Position numbers and translations under genes: made by a program. Of a stretch of DNA of 32,000 bases, positions 1-7,712 are shown piece after piece. The DNA comes from Ktedonobacterales bacterium (GTDB lineage Bacteria; Chloroflexota; Ktedonobacteria; Ktedonobacterales; JADMIN01), in the NCBI GenBank assembly GCA_030167145.1, contig CP126532.1:3240001-3272000 (forward strand). Direction: 5' to 3'. Numbering within the stretch: position 1 is the first letter of the stretch; the number at the start of each line of letters is the position of its first letter. Under the pieces are notes generated by a model that made no database searches, was not told the origin of the DNA, and was given only the letters and a program-made list of their open reading frames with translations.

Positions 1-70
1 CGCCGATGATCGCCTTGATGTGCCTATATGGTACAAGATGCGAGTACAGATTGTCAGGAAGGAGATGGGC

Positions 71-916
71 ATGTCACAGCCAACCTATGACGCGGCGCAC
101 ATCAGTGGCTTCTACGATGCCTACGGCGAGCAGGAGTGGGAGCGCATGGTCGCGGGGCCGCGCCAGCGCGTCAGCTTCGCCATCCACCAGCACTACTTGG
201 CGCGCTTCATCGAGGCGGGCGACGCAGTATTAGAGGCGGGCGCGGGACCGGGCCGCTTCACCATCGAGCTGGCGCGGCTGGGCGCGCGTGTGACGGTTGG
301 CGACATCTCGCCCGCGCAGCTTGCCCTGCACGCCCAGAAGTCCCGCGACGCGGGCATCGAAGCCAGCGTCGTCATCCGCGACGTGCTCGACATCGTAGAC
401 CTCTCGCGCTACCCATCCGCGGCGTTCGACGCGGTCGTCTGCTATGGCGGCCCGCTGAGCTACGTCTTCGACCGCGCCGACGAGGCGCTGGCGGAAATGC
501 TGCGCGTGACCAAGCCGGGCGGCCACGTGCTGCTCAGCGTCATGTCGCTGCTCGGCACGTCCCAACTCTTCTTCCCAGCGATTTTAGGAATCGCCGCCGC
601 CCAGGGACTGGAGACCGTAGAGCAGGTGAACCAGACGGGCGACCTCACCAACCAGCAGGCCTCGCCCAACGGCCACTATTGCCGCATGTATCGCTGGTCA
701 CGTCTCAACTCGCTACTGAAGCGCCACCCCTGCGAGATCATCGCCGCCTCCGCCTCGAACTTCCTCTCGATGCGCGACGACGATGAACTGCTTGCTCAGG
801 TCGCGGCGAATCCCGCACTCTGGGAGGCATTCGTGCGCTGGGAGCTTGACTTCTGCCAGGAGCCAGGCGCCCTCGATGGCGGCACACACATCCTCGCCGT
901 CGTCCGCAAATCCTGA
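71..916 (+). CDS. class I SAM-dependent methyltransferase
   Basis: ORF 20..916. It carries the Rossmann SAM-binding motif VLEAGAGPGRFT, then ...VTVGDIS and AVVCYGGPL, then KPGGHVLLS. I moved the start to ATG 71 because GGAAGGAG (56-63) lies 7 nt upstream. ATG 65 or 20 remain possible. Confidence 0.8.
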   Translation: MSQPTYDAAHISGFYDAYGEQEWERMVAGPRQRVSFAIHQHYLARFIEAGDAVLEAGAGPGRFTIELARLGARVTVGDISPAQLALHAQKSRDAGIEASVVIRDVLDIVDLSRYPSAAFDAVVCYGGPLSYVFDRADEALAEMLRVTKPGGHVLLSVMSLLGTSQLFFPAILGIAAAQGLETVEQVNQTGDLTNQQASPNGHYCRMYRWSRLNSLLKRHPCEIIAASASNFLSMRDDDELLAQVAANPALWEAFVRWELDFCQEPGALDGGTHILAVVRKS

Positions 917-973
917 ATACAAGGGCTGATTCCGCGCTCGAGCAGATTATTGACGAAAAGTTGCCGGATGCTA

Positions 974-1002
974 TTGACAGCACGGCGCAAGATGGGTATA
1001 CT
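974..1002 (+). promoter_or_regulatory. sigma70-type promoter candidate (TTGACA-17 nt-TATACT)
   Basis: TTGACA at 974-979, an exact 17-nt spacer, and TATACT at 997-1002. It lies in the 336-bp gap upstream of the SH3b gene. Confidence 0.55.
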
Positions 1003-1007
1003 ACATC

Positions 1008-1252
1008 GTGCTGACGATGATGTCAGCACAAATGCGCAAATTGTGAAAGGAGGTCAGGCACTTCGGGTGCGGCAGGAGTCGCGCATACAGGCCTGTGCGT
1101 TGATTACCGCAGCCCCTTCGTTTCTGGCATATGAACGCCAGAACGCTCCCATCAGGACGGCTTCACCTAGAGAACATTACCACGCGACCTAATCCCGAAC
1201 ACGAACCCAGGAAGTGGATAGTAGGAACCTTACAGGGTGAGGAGGAATCACC
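1008..1252 (+). promoter_or_regulatory. long structured 5' leader of the SH3b secreted-protein gene (candidate cis-regulatory RNA)
   Basis: About 245 nt lie between the predicted TSS and the GTG start. Hand-folded hairpins: GTGCTGAC-GATGAT-GTCAGCAC (1008-1029); GCAC-UUCGG-GUGC; CGC-au-ACA[GGCC]UGU-GCG; CUGGC-N8-GCCAG. GGTGA(1236-1240)/TCACC(1248-1252) places the SD GGAGGAA in its loop. Confidence 0.3.
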
Positions 1253-2032
1253 GTGTCTCGGATCATATCGCTTGCTTTGTCTAGGTTTGGCGCATGGCGT
1301 ACCACCCGGGGACGCCTAACGCTCTTGTTGATCGTCGGACTCGCCGCATCGAGCGTGCTTGCCTCCGCTGGCACAGCGCTTGCCTACGGCGGCAAGCCCA
1401 CTACGCTTGGTGCAAAAGTCACACCATTTACCTGCGCGCCCGATAACTCATCACATACCACCAGTTGGACCGCTGACACCGTCTACTACGTGAACGCTAC
1501 TGGCGGCGTCAACGTCCGCAACGGCCCAGGAACCGGGTACTGCATCGTCACGTCGCAGGGCTACACCGCCGACGTCGTTGCCGTCCCCAACACCGCCACC
1601 GTCAACGCCAACGGCTACACGTGGATCAAGGTCGCGTATTATGAGGGCAACTGCCAGACCTGCACCAATTACTCCTGGTCGCAGACCGGCTGGATGGCCA
1701 TCAACTTCCTGACCAAAATGTCCTCAGGCTTCGAGTGCGTAGAGAGCGCGGGCTGCGCCCTGTACTTTGTTGACTCGTCGAGTGGCTATCCCTACCCTTC
1801 CAGTTACGACCCCAACCTGAGTCAATCGCAGTGCAGCGCCAGCAGCTCGCCAATGCCCTGCGAATGGCACGCCAACGGCTACAACTCCACCATCTCTCCC
1901 CCAAGCACCCAGTACACGCTCAAATACGGCGCGTATGACGGGAATCCTAACTGGTTCGCTTACCTGTACTCCTTCAAAGACGGCTCCTTTGAGGGTGACT
2001 ACTACTGGAACTACGACTGGTGGGCGCACTAG
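1253..2032 (+). CDS. secreted or membrane-anchored protein with a bacterial SH3 (SH3b) domain and a Trp/Tyr-rich C-terminus
   Basis: GTG start 7 nt after GGTGAGGAGG. N-terminal Arg-rich segment plus hydrophobic helix (LTLLLIVGLAASSVLASAGTALA). SH3b-like core GGVNVRNGPGTGYCIV...YTWIKVAY. Confidence 0.75.
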   Translation: MSRIISLALSRFGAWRTTRGRLTLLLIVGLAASSVLASAGTALAYGGKPTTLGAKVTPFTCAPDNSSHTTSWTADTVYYVNATGGVNVRNGPGTGYCIVTSQGYTADVVAVPNTATVNANGYTWIKVAYYEGNCQTCTNYSWSQTGWMAINFLTKMSSGFECVESAGCALYFVDSSSGYPYPSSYDPNLSQSQCSASSSPMPCEWHANGYNSTISPPSTQYTLKYGAYDGNPNWFAYLYSFKDGSFEGDYYWNYDWWAH

Positions 2033-2435
2033 CCCCTGCCAGCAAACAGACCCGTAAACGGAACCATAGGATAACATAAGCCAGGTACGGAGAAGTAATC
2101 CTGGGCGCGCCCATCCACATGCGCGCTTCTCCACAGGGAAATAGGAACCGCGGGCAGTCTGAGCCATGCGGGCAGGGCGGACGCGCCCTCTCGTTCGCTC
2201 AGACTCGCCGCGTTCCTGTATCCACGCCTACCCCCGCCGCGCCCCATACCCCCACCATCGGTGCAACCCAGCAGCCGTTGACGCCGTCCTCATTTCCCCC
2301 ATGCCTCCGCGAGCGCCGCAATTCTGGTATCCTTAACCGCAGATGCGATGGCCGCCAACCAGACACCGCCGCATAGCTAGACGCCAGTATACGCCAAAAG
2401 TTCCAGTGGGTCATCTCGTCACATGGGGAGGGCAT

Positions 2436-2927
2436 ATGCGCGAAGAGCTTGTCACACCGACCACCGCTCGGCGGCTCGCCGCTGCTGGCTTCGCCTGGGA
2501 GCCACAGATCGGCGACTGGTGTACCATCTTCGGCGGCGAACACATCACCGAAACGCGCGTAGGGTTATGGGTCGTTGTCGCACTCCTGCCGCATCTTGGC
2601 ATGCTCGGCCTCGCCGACGCCACCGGCCAGTGGCCGGTAACCCAGGTTGCCCAGCGCGATTGCGTGCCCCTGCCCACCATCGGCCAGCTCAAAACGTGGC
2701 TTCGTGCGCGCGGCTACCGCGTCGCCACCGGCGAAGCCCCCGCCATGCTCCTCGGCGCCACCGCTCCCACCGTGCGCCACGTCTGCCGCCTCACCCGCTC
2801 CGATGCCTCCACGCCCCTGGACGGCGAAGGAACCAGCGAAGCCGAAGCCCTCGCCGACGTCATCCTTCGGCTCCTCGGCTCAGACACCGCCGACGCCCCA
2901 CCACCCACCATGAGCGGTGGCTGGTAG
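2436..2927 (+). CDS. hypothetical protein
   Basis: ORF 2343..2927 has high-GC codon usage like its neighbours. Start placed at ATG 2436, just after GGGGAGGG (2425-2432). I recognise no family. Confidence 0.55.
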   Translation: MREELVTPTTARRLAAAGFAWEPQIGDWCTIFGGEHITETRVGLWVVVALLPHLGMLGLADATGQWPVTQVAQRDCVPLPTIGQLKTWLRARGYRVATGEAPAMLLGATAPTVRHVCRLTRSDASTPLDGEGTSEAEALADVILRLLGSDTADAPPPTMSGGW

Positions 2928-2931
2928 CCAT

Positions 2932-4254
2932 CTACTTCATCCATCCATCCGTGACCCCGCGCAACCCGCCCAGCACCTCATCCCACCCTACGCGCAGCAA
3001 CTCGCCGTCGTGGAAGACGGTCTCCCCGCCCACGATCACCTCACGAATCGCGTGCGGCGTCATCGCGTACACCACGTTCTTCTCATAGCTAAACGGCGGC
3101 TGCAACGATGGATCATCCATATCCAGCAGCGCAAAGTCGGCATAGTGCCCCGCCTCGATCCGCCCAGCGGCAATGCCCAGCGTATCCGCGCTGCCCGCCG
3201 TGCCCATCGCAAATACTGCCTCCGCCGGAACCACCTCCGAGTTCAGATGTGTCACCTTCTGCAACAGCGCACACATCCGCATCTCATCGAAAACCGACAC
3301 CCGATTGTTCGAGCAGCCGCCATCGCTACCCAGCCCAATCTTGATGCCCGCGTTCATCATATCCACGATCCGCGTCACCCCATCCCCCAGGAACATATTG
3401 CTCGCCGGATTGTAGACCAGCCGCGTGTCGCGCTGCCCCATCAACTGAATATCGTCATCTTCCAGCCACACACAGTGGATCGCCGTCATGCGCTCCATCG
3501 CCAGCCCCAGCGATTCCAGCCAGCGCATCGGCGTCTTGCCATACTTCTCGCGGATCGTGTCGCGTTCGTAGCGCCCCTCTGCCACATGGATATGGAAGCG
3601 CGTATCCAGTTCCTGCGCCAGCTCCGACCCGGCCTGAATCATCGCCGGGCTGGCCGCGTGTGGCGAGTGCGGCGCGGGGCACACATGCACATCGTCGCGC
3701 CCGCGATACGCCTGCCATAGCTCGCGCGTGCGCGCCACTGCATCGGCAATGCTCTCCTGATATTCCTTCGGCGCGCCCTCCCAGTCATACATCGTCCGCG
3801 CCAACACGATACGCATCCCCAACTCCTGCGCCGCGCGAATCACCGCGTGGTCATTGGCGTTGCCATCACGATGGATATAGAAGAAGTCGCAGACCGTCGT
3901 CACGCCATTGCGAATCATCTCCGCGAAGGCAAACCGCGCCCCCTGGTACACCGCCTCCTCATCCATCCGTGGCGTATACGCATACAGCGCCTTGTCGCGC
4001 CACGTAAAGAAGTCGCAGTCATCCGCCACCCCGCGCAGCATAGACTGGAACGAGTGGTTGTGCGCGTTCAGCGTCCCCGGCACCAGCAGCCGCCGCGCAA
4101 ATCGCTCCACCGCCGCATCCGGCGCCAGCTCCGCCACCGGCACGACCCGCGTAATCTTCCCACCCTCCATCACCACCGCCAGCCCTGGCTCGAACTTCCC
4201 GTTCACCATCGTCTGCTCGGCGGCAAGAATCCGCTGCTGTTCAGGTGTCTGCAT
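2932..4254 (-). CDS. metal-dependent amidohydrolase, cog0402 group (formimidoylglutamate deiminase HutF / 8-oxoguanine deaminase / chlorohydrolase-like)
   Basis: Motifs LNAHNHSFQS (HxH metal site), FFTWRDKALY, HIHVAEGRYE...PMRWL, NMFLGDG and GLGSDG match the HutF/SsnA-type layout. The ORF starts at TTG 4269, but GGAG (4264-4267) favours ATG 4254. Confidence 0.85.
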   Translation of the reverse strand: MQTPEQQRILAAEQTMVNGKFEPGLAVVMEGGKITRVVPVAELAPDAAVERFARRLLVPGTLNAHNHSFQSMLRGVADDCDFFTWRDKALYAYTPRMDEEAVYQGARFAFAEMIRNGVTTVCDFFYIHRDGNANDHAVIRAAQELGMRIVLARTMYDWEGAPKEYQESIADAVARTRELWQAYRGRDDVHVCPAPHSPHAASPAMIQAGSELAQELDTRFHIHVAEGRYERDTIREKYGKTPMRWLESLGLAMERMTAIHCVWLEDDDIQLMGQRDTRLVYNPASNMFLGDGVTRIVDMMNAGIKIGLGSDGGCSNNRVSVFDEMRMCALLQKVTHLNSEVVPAEAVFAMGTAGSADTLGIAAGRIEAGHYADFALLDMDDPSLQPPFSYEKNVVYAMTPHAIREVIVGGETVFHDGELLRVGWDEVLGGLRGVTDGWMK

Positions 4255-4594
4255 GTGGTGTATCTCCAATCGTTTGATGTGAGGCGGCTTCCATCTGGCG
4301 TGCTCTTTTTCCAGCCAGCATTATGAGAAATATGCCAATGGAAACCAGAAGGATGCCACATGTCACCGTGATGTCGGCGATCTCATGGATAGTTGCATGG
4401 TGAAGCAGTGAAGTGTTAATCTCTTCGGCGCCTTGATAGATGACAGCGCTTGCCCAGGTAGCTGTGCCAAGTACGAAAACCGCCTGGCCGGTGCGAGATG
4501 AACCACGATTTAGCCGGAGCGCCCGAGGCGCCCAATAGAGTTGCCAGAGAAGGGTAACTACCGCTATCACAATAAGCGCGATGCCCCAAATCAT
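4241..4594 (-). CDS. small integral membrane protein (about 3 TM), low GC
   Basis: 117 aa with hydrophobic helices IWGIALIVIAVVTLLW, AVFVLGTATWASAVIY and ITVTCGILLVSIGIFLIML. Its 3' end overlaps the amidohydrolase start by 14 nt. An open frame this long survives in AT-richer sequence. Confidence 0.6.
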   Translation of the reverse strand: MIWGIALIVIAVVTLLWQLYWAPRALRLNRGSSRTGQAVFVLGTATWASAVIYQGAEEINTSLLHHATIHEIADITVTCGILLVSIGIFLIMLAGKRARQMEAASHQTIGDTPHADT

Positions 4595-4614
4595 ATCTCG
4601 CTTCTTTCACATCC

Positions 4615-5010
4615 CTACACTGGACGGCGTGCATCATGCTCATCGAAGAGCCAACGATACGCCCAGCGTGGCACATGTAGGGCCTCCACGGCCCCAGGGA
4701 CTCGTACCGTTACGATGAACGTCGTACACACAAAACAGAACACCGACATAACTAGTGAAAATCTGAAGGCAAACCAGATCACGGAATCGTAAAGTAGGGT
4801 TTCCAATCCCAGCGTCCCGCAAGCTGTAAAGATAGCCATGAAAAGGAATCCAGCAGCCAATGCCGCATTTTGAATGCGCCAGGAGCGGCCCATGTCATGA
4901 GGCAGTTTGCCATTAAGCACATATATCATCAAAAAAGCGCCGATCATAGCAGCCAGACTCGCTAGTATTACAAACATACTCCCCATTATCCAAAAGAATG
5001 CGTTCCACAT
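4615..5010 (-). CDS. small integral membrane protein (about 4 TM), low GC
   Basis: 131 aa with 4 hydrophobic segments. AAGGGGG lies 7 nt upstream of ATG 5010. It ends 20 nt before the next minus-strand gene. Confidence 0.65.
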   Translation of the reverse strand: MWNAFFWIMGSMFVILASLAAMIGAFLMIYVLNGKLPHDMGRSWRIQNAALAAGFLFMAIFTACGTLGLETLLYDSVIWFAFRFSLVMSVFCFVCTTFIVTVRVPGAVEALHVPRWAYRWLFDEHDARRPV

Positions 5011-5014
5011 AATA

Positions 5015-5122
5015 CCCCCTTATAGCCGAGATTCGCGCCTCCGCCCCATAGCATTGCTGCCTTCCGCCGCCACTCCAGTGTCCCCTATTTAGCACGCGCT
5101 TGCAAGTCCTTCGCTAGCGATG
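5015..5122 (-). repeat. conserved non-coding element, copy A (leader/upstream element ending in the RBS)
   Basis: About 85% identical by hand alignment to 6789-6892. Minus-strand core: GGGGAsACTGGA..GGCGrCGGAAGsCAGCrATGCwATGG.GC.GAGGCGCGAATCTCGrCTATAAGGrGG. Confidence 0.7.
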
Positions 5123-5268
5123 CGCGATGCTTACAATTGATGAGCCGTATGGCGAAGAATCCCATCACCCCTATGCCGCAACCTCGGTTGTCTCTGTGAC
5201 GTTTCGCTTCCACGCCATCTCTGCCTCAGATCTCCAGTGGAGCGCAAATCCTGATAAACATCGGGTTA

Positions 5269-5922
5269 TCAGTGGCTGAGTGGTGTGAGCCGTATCTGCT
5301 TCGCAAGCCCGTAGGCGGTCGGCAGATCGCTGTCGCTCTCGACAAATACACGACCGATCACGAGCACCGACTTGTTCGGCGAAGTAATCTGCGCCATTCC
5401 CTGCGGCACGGTTCCTTTCCAGCTCGGTCCGCTGATGAGGTACTCGCCCGCCGCGGTTCCCGTGGTGCGTGTGCCGACATAGGCAAAATCAGTCCCGTCC
5501 GACGGATCAGTGAACTGCACGCTGTAGTAGCGGCCCGCCATCTCCGGCACATGCAACACCAGCGGCCCGTTGGCCAGGTCGAGCCAGCCGCCGACGTAGA
5601 GCAGGTCATCAACCCCGGTGGCTAATAAGCTGGCGTTTGACGCCCCAGCCGAAACGCGATTAGGCGTCGCGTACAGCGTATTGACGGGGATGGGGCCGCC
5701 AGGTCCATGCTGAAGGATCGCTCGTTTGTAGGCGCTGTACGCGAACGTTGGCCAAAGATAAAGGAACACGACCGTGCCGACTCCCCAGACGACGGCAGCC
5801 AGGACGACGAACCCAATAACCCCGCTTCCCCCCGCAGAGAAAATCCTGTAGACGACCCAGGCGAGGATGGCCAGGATGACGAACGTAATGGGATAGCCGT
5901 ACTTCAGAATCAACCGGTTCAT
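5269..5922 (-). CDS. DUF1254 domain protein with two N-terminal TM helices
   Basis: DUF1254-like core LLYVGGWLDLANGPLVLHVPEMAGRYYSVQFTD. SD-like GAGGTGAG precedes ATG 5922. The start lies 6 nt after the DUF1214 gene stop. Confidence 0.75.
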   Translation of the reverse strand: MNRLILKYGYPITFVILAILAWVVYRIFSAGGSGVIGFVVLAAVVWGVGTVVFLYLWPTFAYSAYKRAILQHGPGGPIPVNTLYATPNRVSAGASNASLLATGVDDLLYVGGWLDLANGPLVLHVPEMAGRYYSVQFTDPSDGTDFAYVGTRTTGTAAGEYLISGPSWKGTVPQGMAQITSPNKSVLVIGRVFVESDSDLPTAYGLAKQIRLTPLSH

Positions 5923-5928
5923 CTCACC

Positions 5929-6531
5929 TCACCGCACTCTCTTCACTGGTGGCACGTGATACGCGCCGTCGAGGACCGCACGGCCGGGCAGATACGCGCG
6001 GAGCATCAGCTTGAAGTTGCCTGACGGTGCAGGTAGCCAGTTCGACTCGTGGCCTGCGGGAGGTGTGCGCTGAATATAAATGTCAATGGAACCATCGGCG
6101 TTCGGCGCCAGGCCGGAGCGACTGCCGACGCTGTAGCGGGCGATGGGGTTCGGCGTCATATACCCCACAACATCGGTCATGGTCAGCGACCAAAAGGCCT
6201 CGTTCGGCGGGAGTTGTCCGGCAGGAAAATGCAATACGTACTCGTGCCGGCCGCTCAGCGCCCGCCCCGCGCTGTCCTCAGTCGCCGTCCAGTACGCTGC
6301 CTCTTGCACCACATTGACGGCAGGTAGGATTCTGGCGCATGCGGCCCGCACCAGAATGCCATTGCCAGGCTGGCCGGCTTTCACCGTGGTGCTCCAACCA
6401 TTGACGGTCGTGGTCATGGCTTTCACCACCGCGTTCATAATGACTTGTGCCGTGAGAAACGCCAGCACAGCGCCGACAATGATGCCTTGCGCGACGTGAG
6501 AGGCTGAGAGCAGTGTGAAGAAATTGCTCAT
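5929..6531 (-). CDS. DUF1214 domain protein with an N-terminal TM helix
   Basis: DUF1214-like motifs FWSLTMTD and NWLPAPSGNFKLMLRAYLP. N-terminal anchor IIVGAVLAFLTAQVIMNAVV. Confidence 0.75.
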   Translation of the reverse strand: MSNFFTLLSASHVAQGIIVGAVLAFLTAQVIMNAVVKAMTTTVNGWSTTVKAGQPGNGILVRAACARILPAVNVVQEAAYWTATEDSAGRALSGRHEYVLHFPAGQLPPNEAFWSLTMTDVVGYMTPNPIARYSVGSRSGLAPNADGSIDIYIQRTPPAGHESNWLPAPSGNFKLMLRAYLPGRAVLDGAYHVPPVKRVR

Positions 6532-6685
6532 ACCTTGGCCCTCGGCATGATCCGAGCGCGCAGCGCCACTGCTTGCGGTGTGCTATGCGCTCGCATGAGC
6601 TGTTGAAACAACGTACCTTCTTCAGCGGTCAAGTGAACTGGATGATTGGGCTTGGAACCACGCATTGGTTTCACCGCTCACTCTC

Positions 6686-6714
6686 AATCTATCCTGTGTC
6701 ATCCCTCCTGTCAA
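6686..6714 (-). promoter_or_regulatory. promoter candidate TTGACA-17 nt-TAGATT for the DUF1214/DUF1254 operon
   Basis: On the minus strand: TTGACA (6714-6709), a 17-nt spacer, TAGATT (6691-6686). It lies about 155 nt upstream of ATG 6531. Confidence 0.35.
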
Positions 6715-6788
6715 AGGCGGAACGGACGCATGATAGCCTCTACTCACTAGAATGTTCATAACCCCCAAAGAGACATTCTGCACCGGAG

Positions 6789-6892
6789 CCTCCTTATAGT
6801 CGAGATTCGCGCCTCAGCGCCATTGCATCGCTGGCTTCCGTCGCCCTTCCAGTCTCCCCCATTCGTCCAGCGCTGGCAAGCCTTTCGCGATG
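6789..6892 (-). repeat. conserved non-coding element, copy B
   Basis: Paralogue of 5015-5122 in the same orientation. It ends in AAGGAGG followed by GTG 6783, which opens only a dubious 53-codon frame. Confidence 0.7.
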
Positions 6893-6996
6893 ATATGATA
6901 CGTGGCCGCCACGCTACTCCACCTATCGAAAGCGAGAAAGCGGATGCGTAATGATACATCAGGCCGTTGGCCTCGCTTCGCGTTGGCGACATGCTC

Positions 6997-7068
6997 CCCC
7001 ATCCCCATCCCCATCCTCATCCCCATCCCCATCCTCATCCCCATCCCCGTGCCCATACCCGACCCCAT
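6997..7068. repeat. hexanucleotide microsatellite (CCCCAT)n, 12 units, with an 18-nt super-period CCCCATCCCCATCCTCAT
   Basis: Read directly from the sequence: CCCCAT x3, CCTCAT, CCCCAT x2, CCTCAT, CCCCAT, CCCCGT, GCCCAT, ACCCGA, CCCCAT. Confidence 0.9.
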
Positions 7069-7116
7069 CTGACCACACCTGTCCCCAACTGACCGCCCAC
7101 CTCCGCGCCTCCCACA

Positions 7117-7125
7117 TGCTACACT
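7117..7125 (+). promoter_or_regulatory. extended -10-like element TGCTACACT heading repeat island 1
   Basis: It sits within the 12-mer CATGCTACACTA, which is identical at the head of the second island (18954-18965, minus strand). I see no convincing -35. Confidence 0.3.
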
Positions 7126-7712
7126 ATCCATCTGGCTGCTTATCTCACTCTCTCAAGGACGCGCACATGCTATTGAGAAATCGGCCATGTCGGCCATTGC
7201 ATACATCGGCCACATCGGCCACTGGTGGGGCAGACATTCCTGTCTGCCAGCACGTCATATCGGCAACTTCGGCAACTGTTATCCCGGCAAATCGCAAAAT
7301 CGGCAGAATCGGCAACTGTTACAATTCCAAATCGCGGCGAAAACGGCGAAAAATCTCCCGTCACCTTTGGCCATTCGCCCCCACCCAGCCACAAAACCGG
7401 CCATTTCGGCCACTGTGGCAACCTACACAATCCAAAAATCGGCAGAATCGGCAACTCCGGCGATTGGCATTTTCGCGAAATTGCGGCGAAAACGGCGAAA
7501 ATTGTCCAGCCATTTCCCGTCATTTCCCGTCACCTCTCCCACCCTCGCGCGCAAATCGGCAAAATCGGCAACTCGCATATCGGCCACCACCTGTCGACCT
7601 GGATTACCCGTGGCCTTCAGGCCGAGAACTCGCTTTACCATCCTCCCGCCCTCCACGCGCAAATCGGCAGAATCGGCAACTCAAGTGGGCGGACATTCCT
7701 GTCTGCCTATGC

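Noticed and set aside
5015-5122. Assignment of element A/B to a known riboswitch class. I compared it from memory with glycine, ZTP, guanidine-I/II/III, Mn2+ (yybP-ykoY), NiCo, glutamine (GACGGAAG resemblance), purine, TPP and cobalamin.
   Set aside because: Only short chance-level similarities appeared (for example GACGGAAG, as in glnA RNA). No consensus architecture could be reproduced, and I could not find conserved covarying stems. A cmscan is needed.
6622-6783. 53-codon GTG-initiated frame following conserved element B.
   Set aside because: It has no hydrophobic or recognisable features and an atypical composition, and it contains the candidate promoter for the DUF1214 gene. I kept it only as an open question in the findings.
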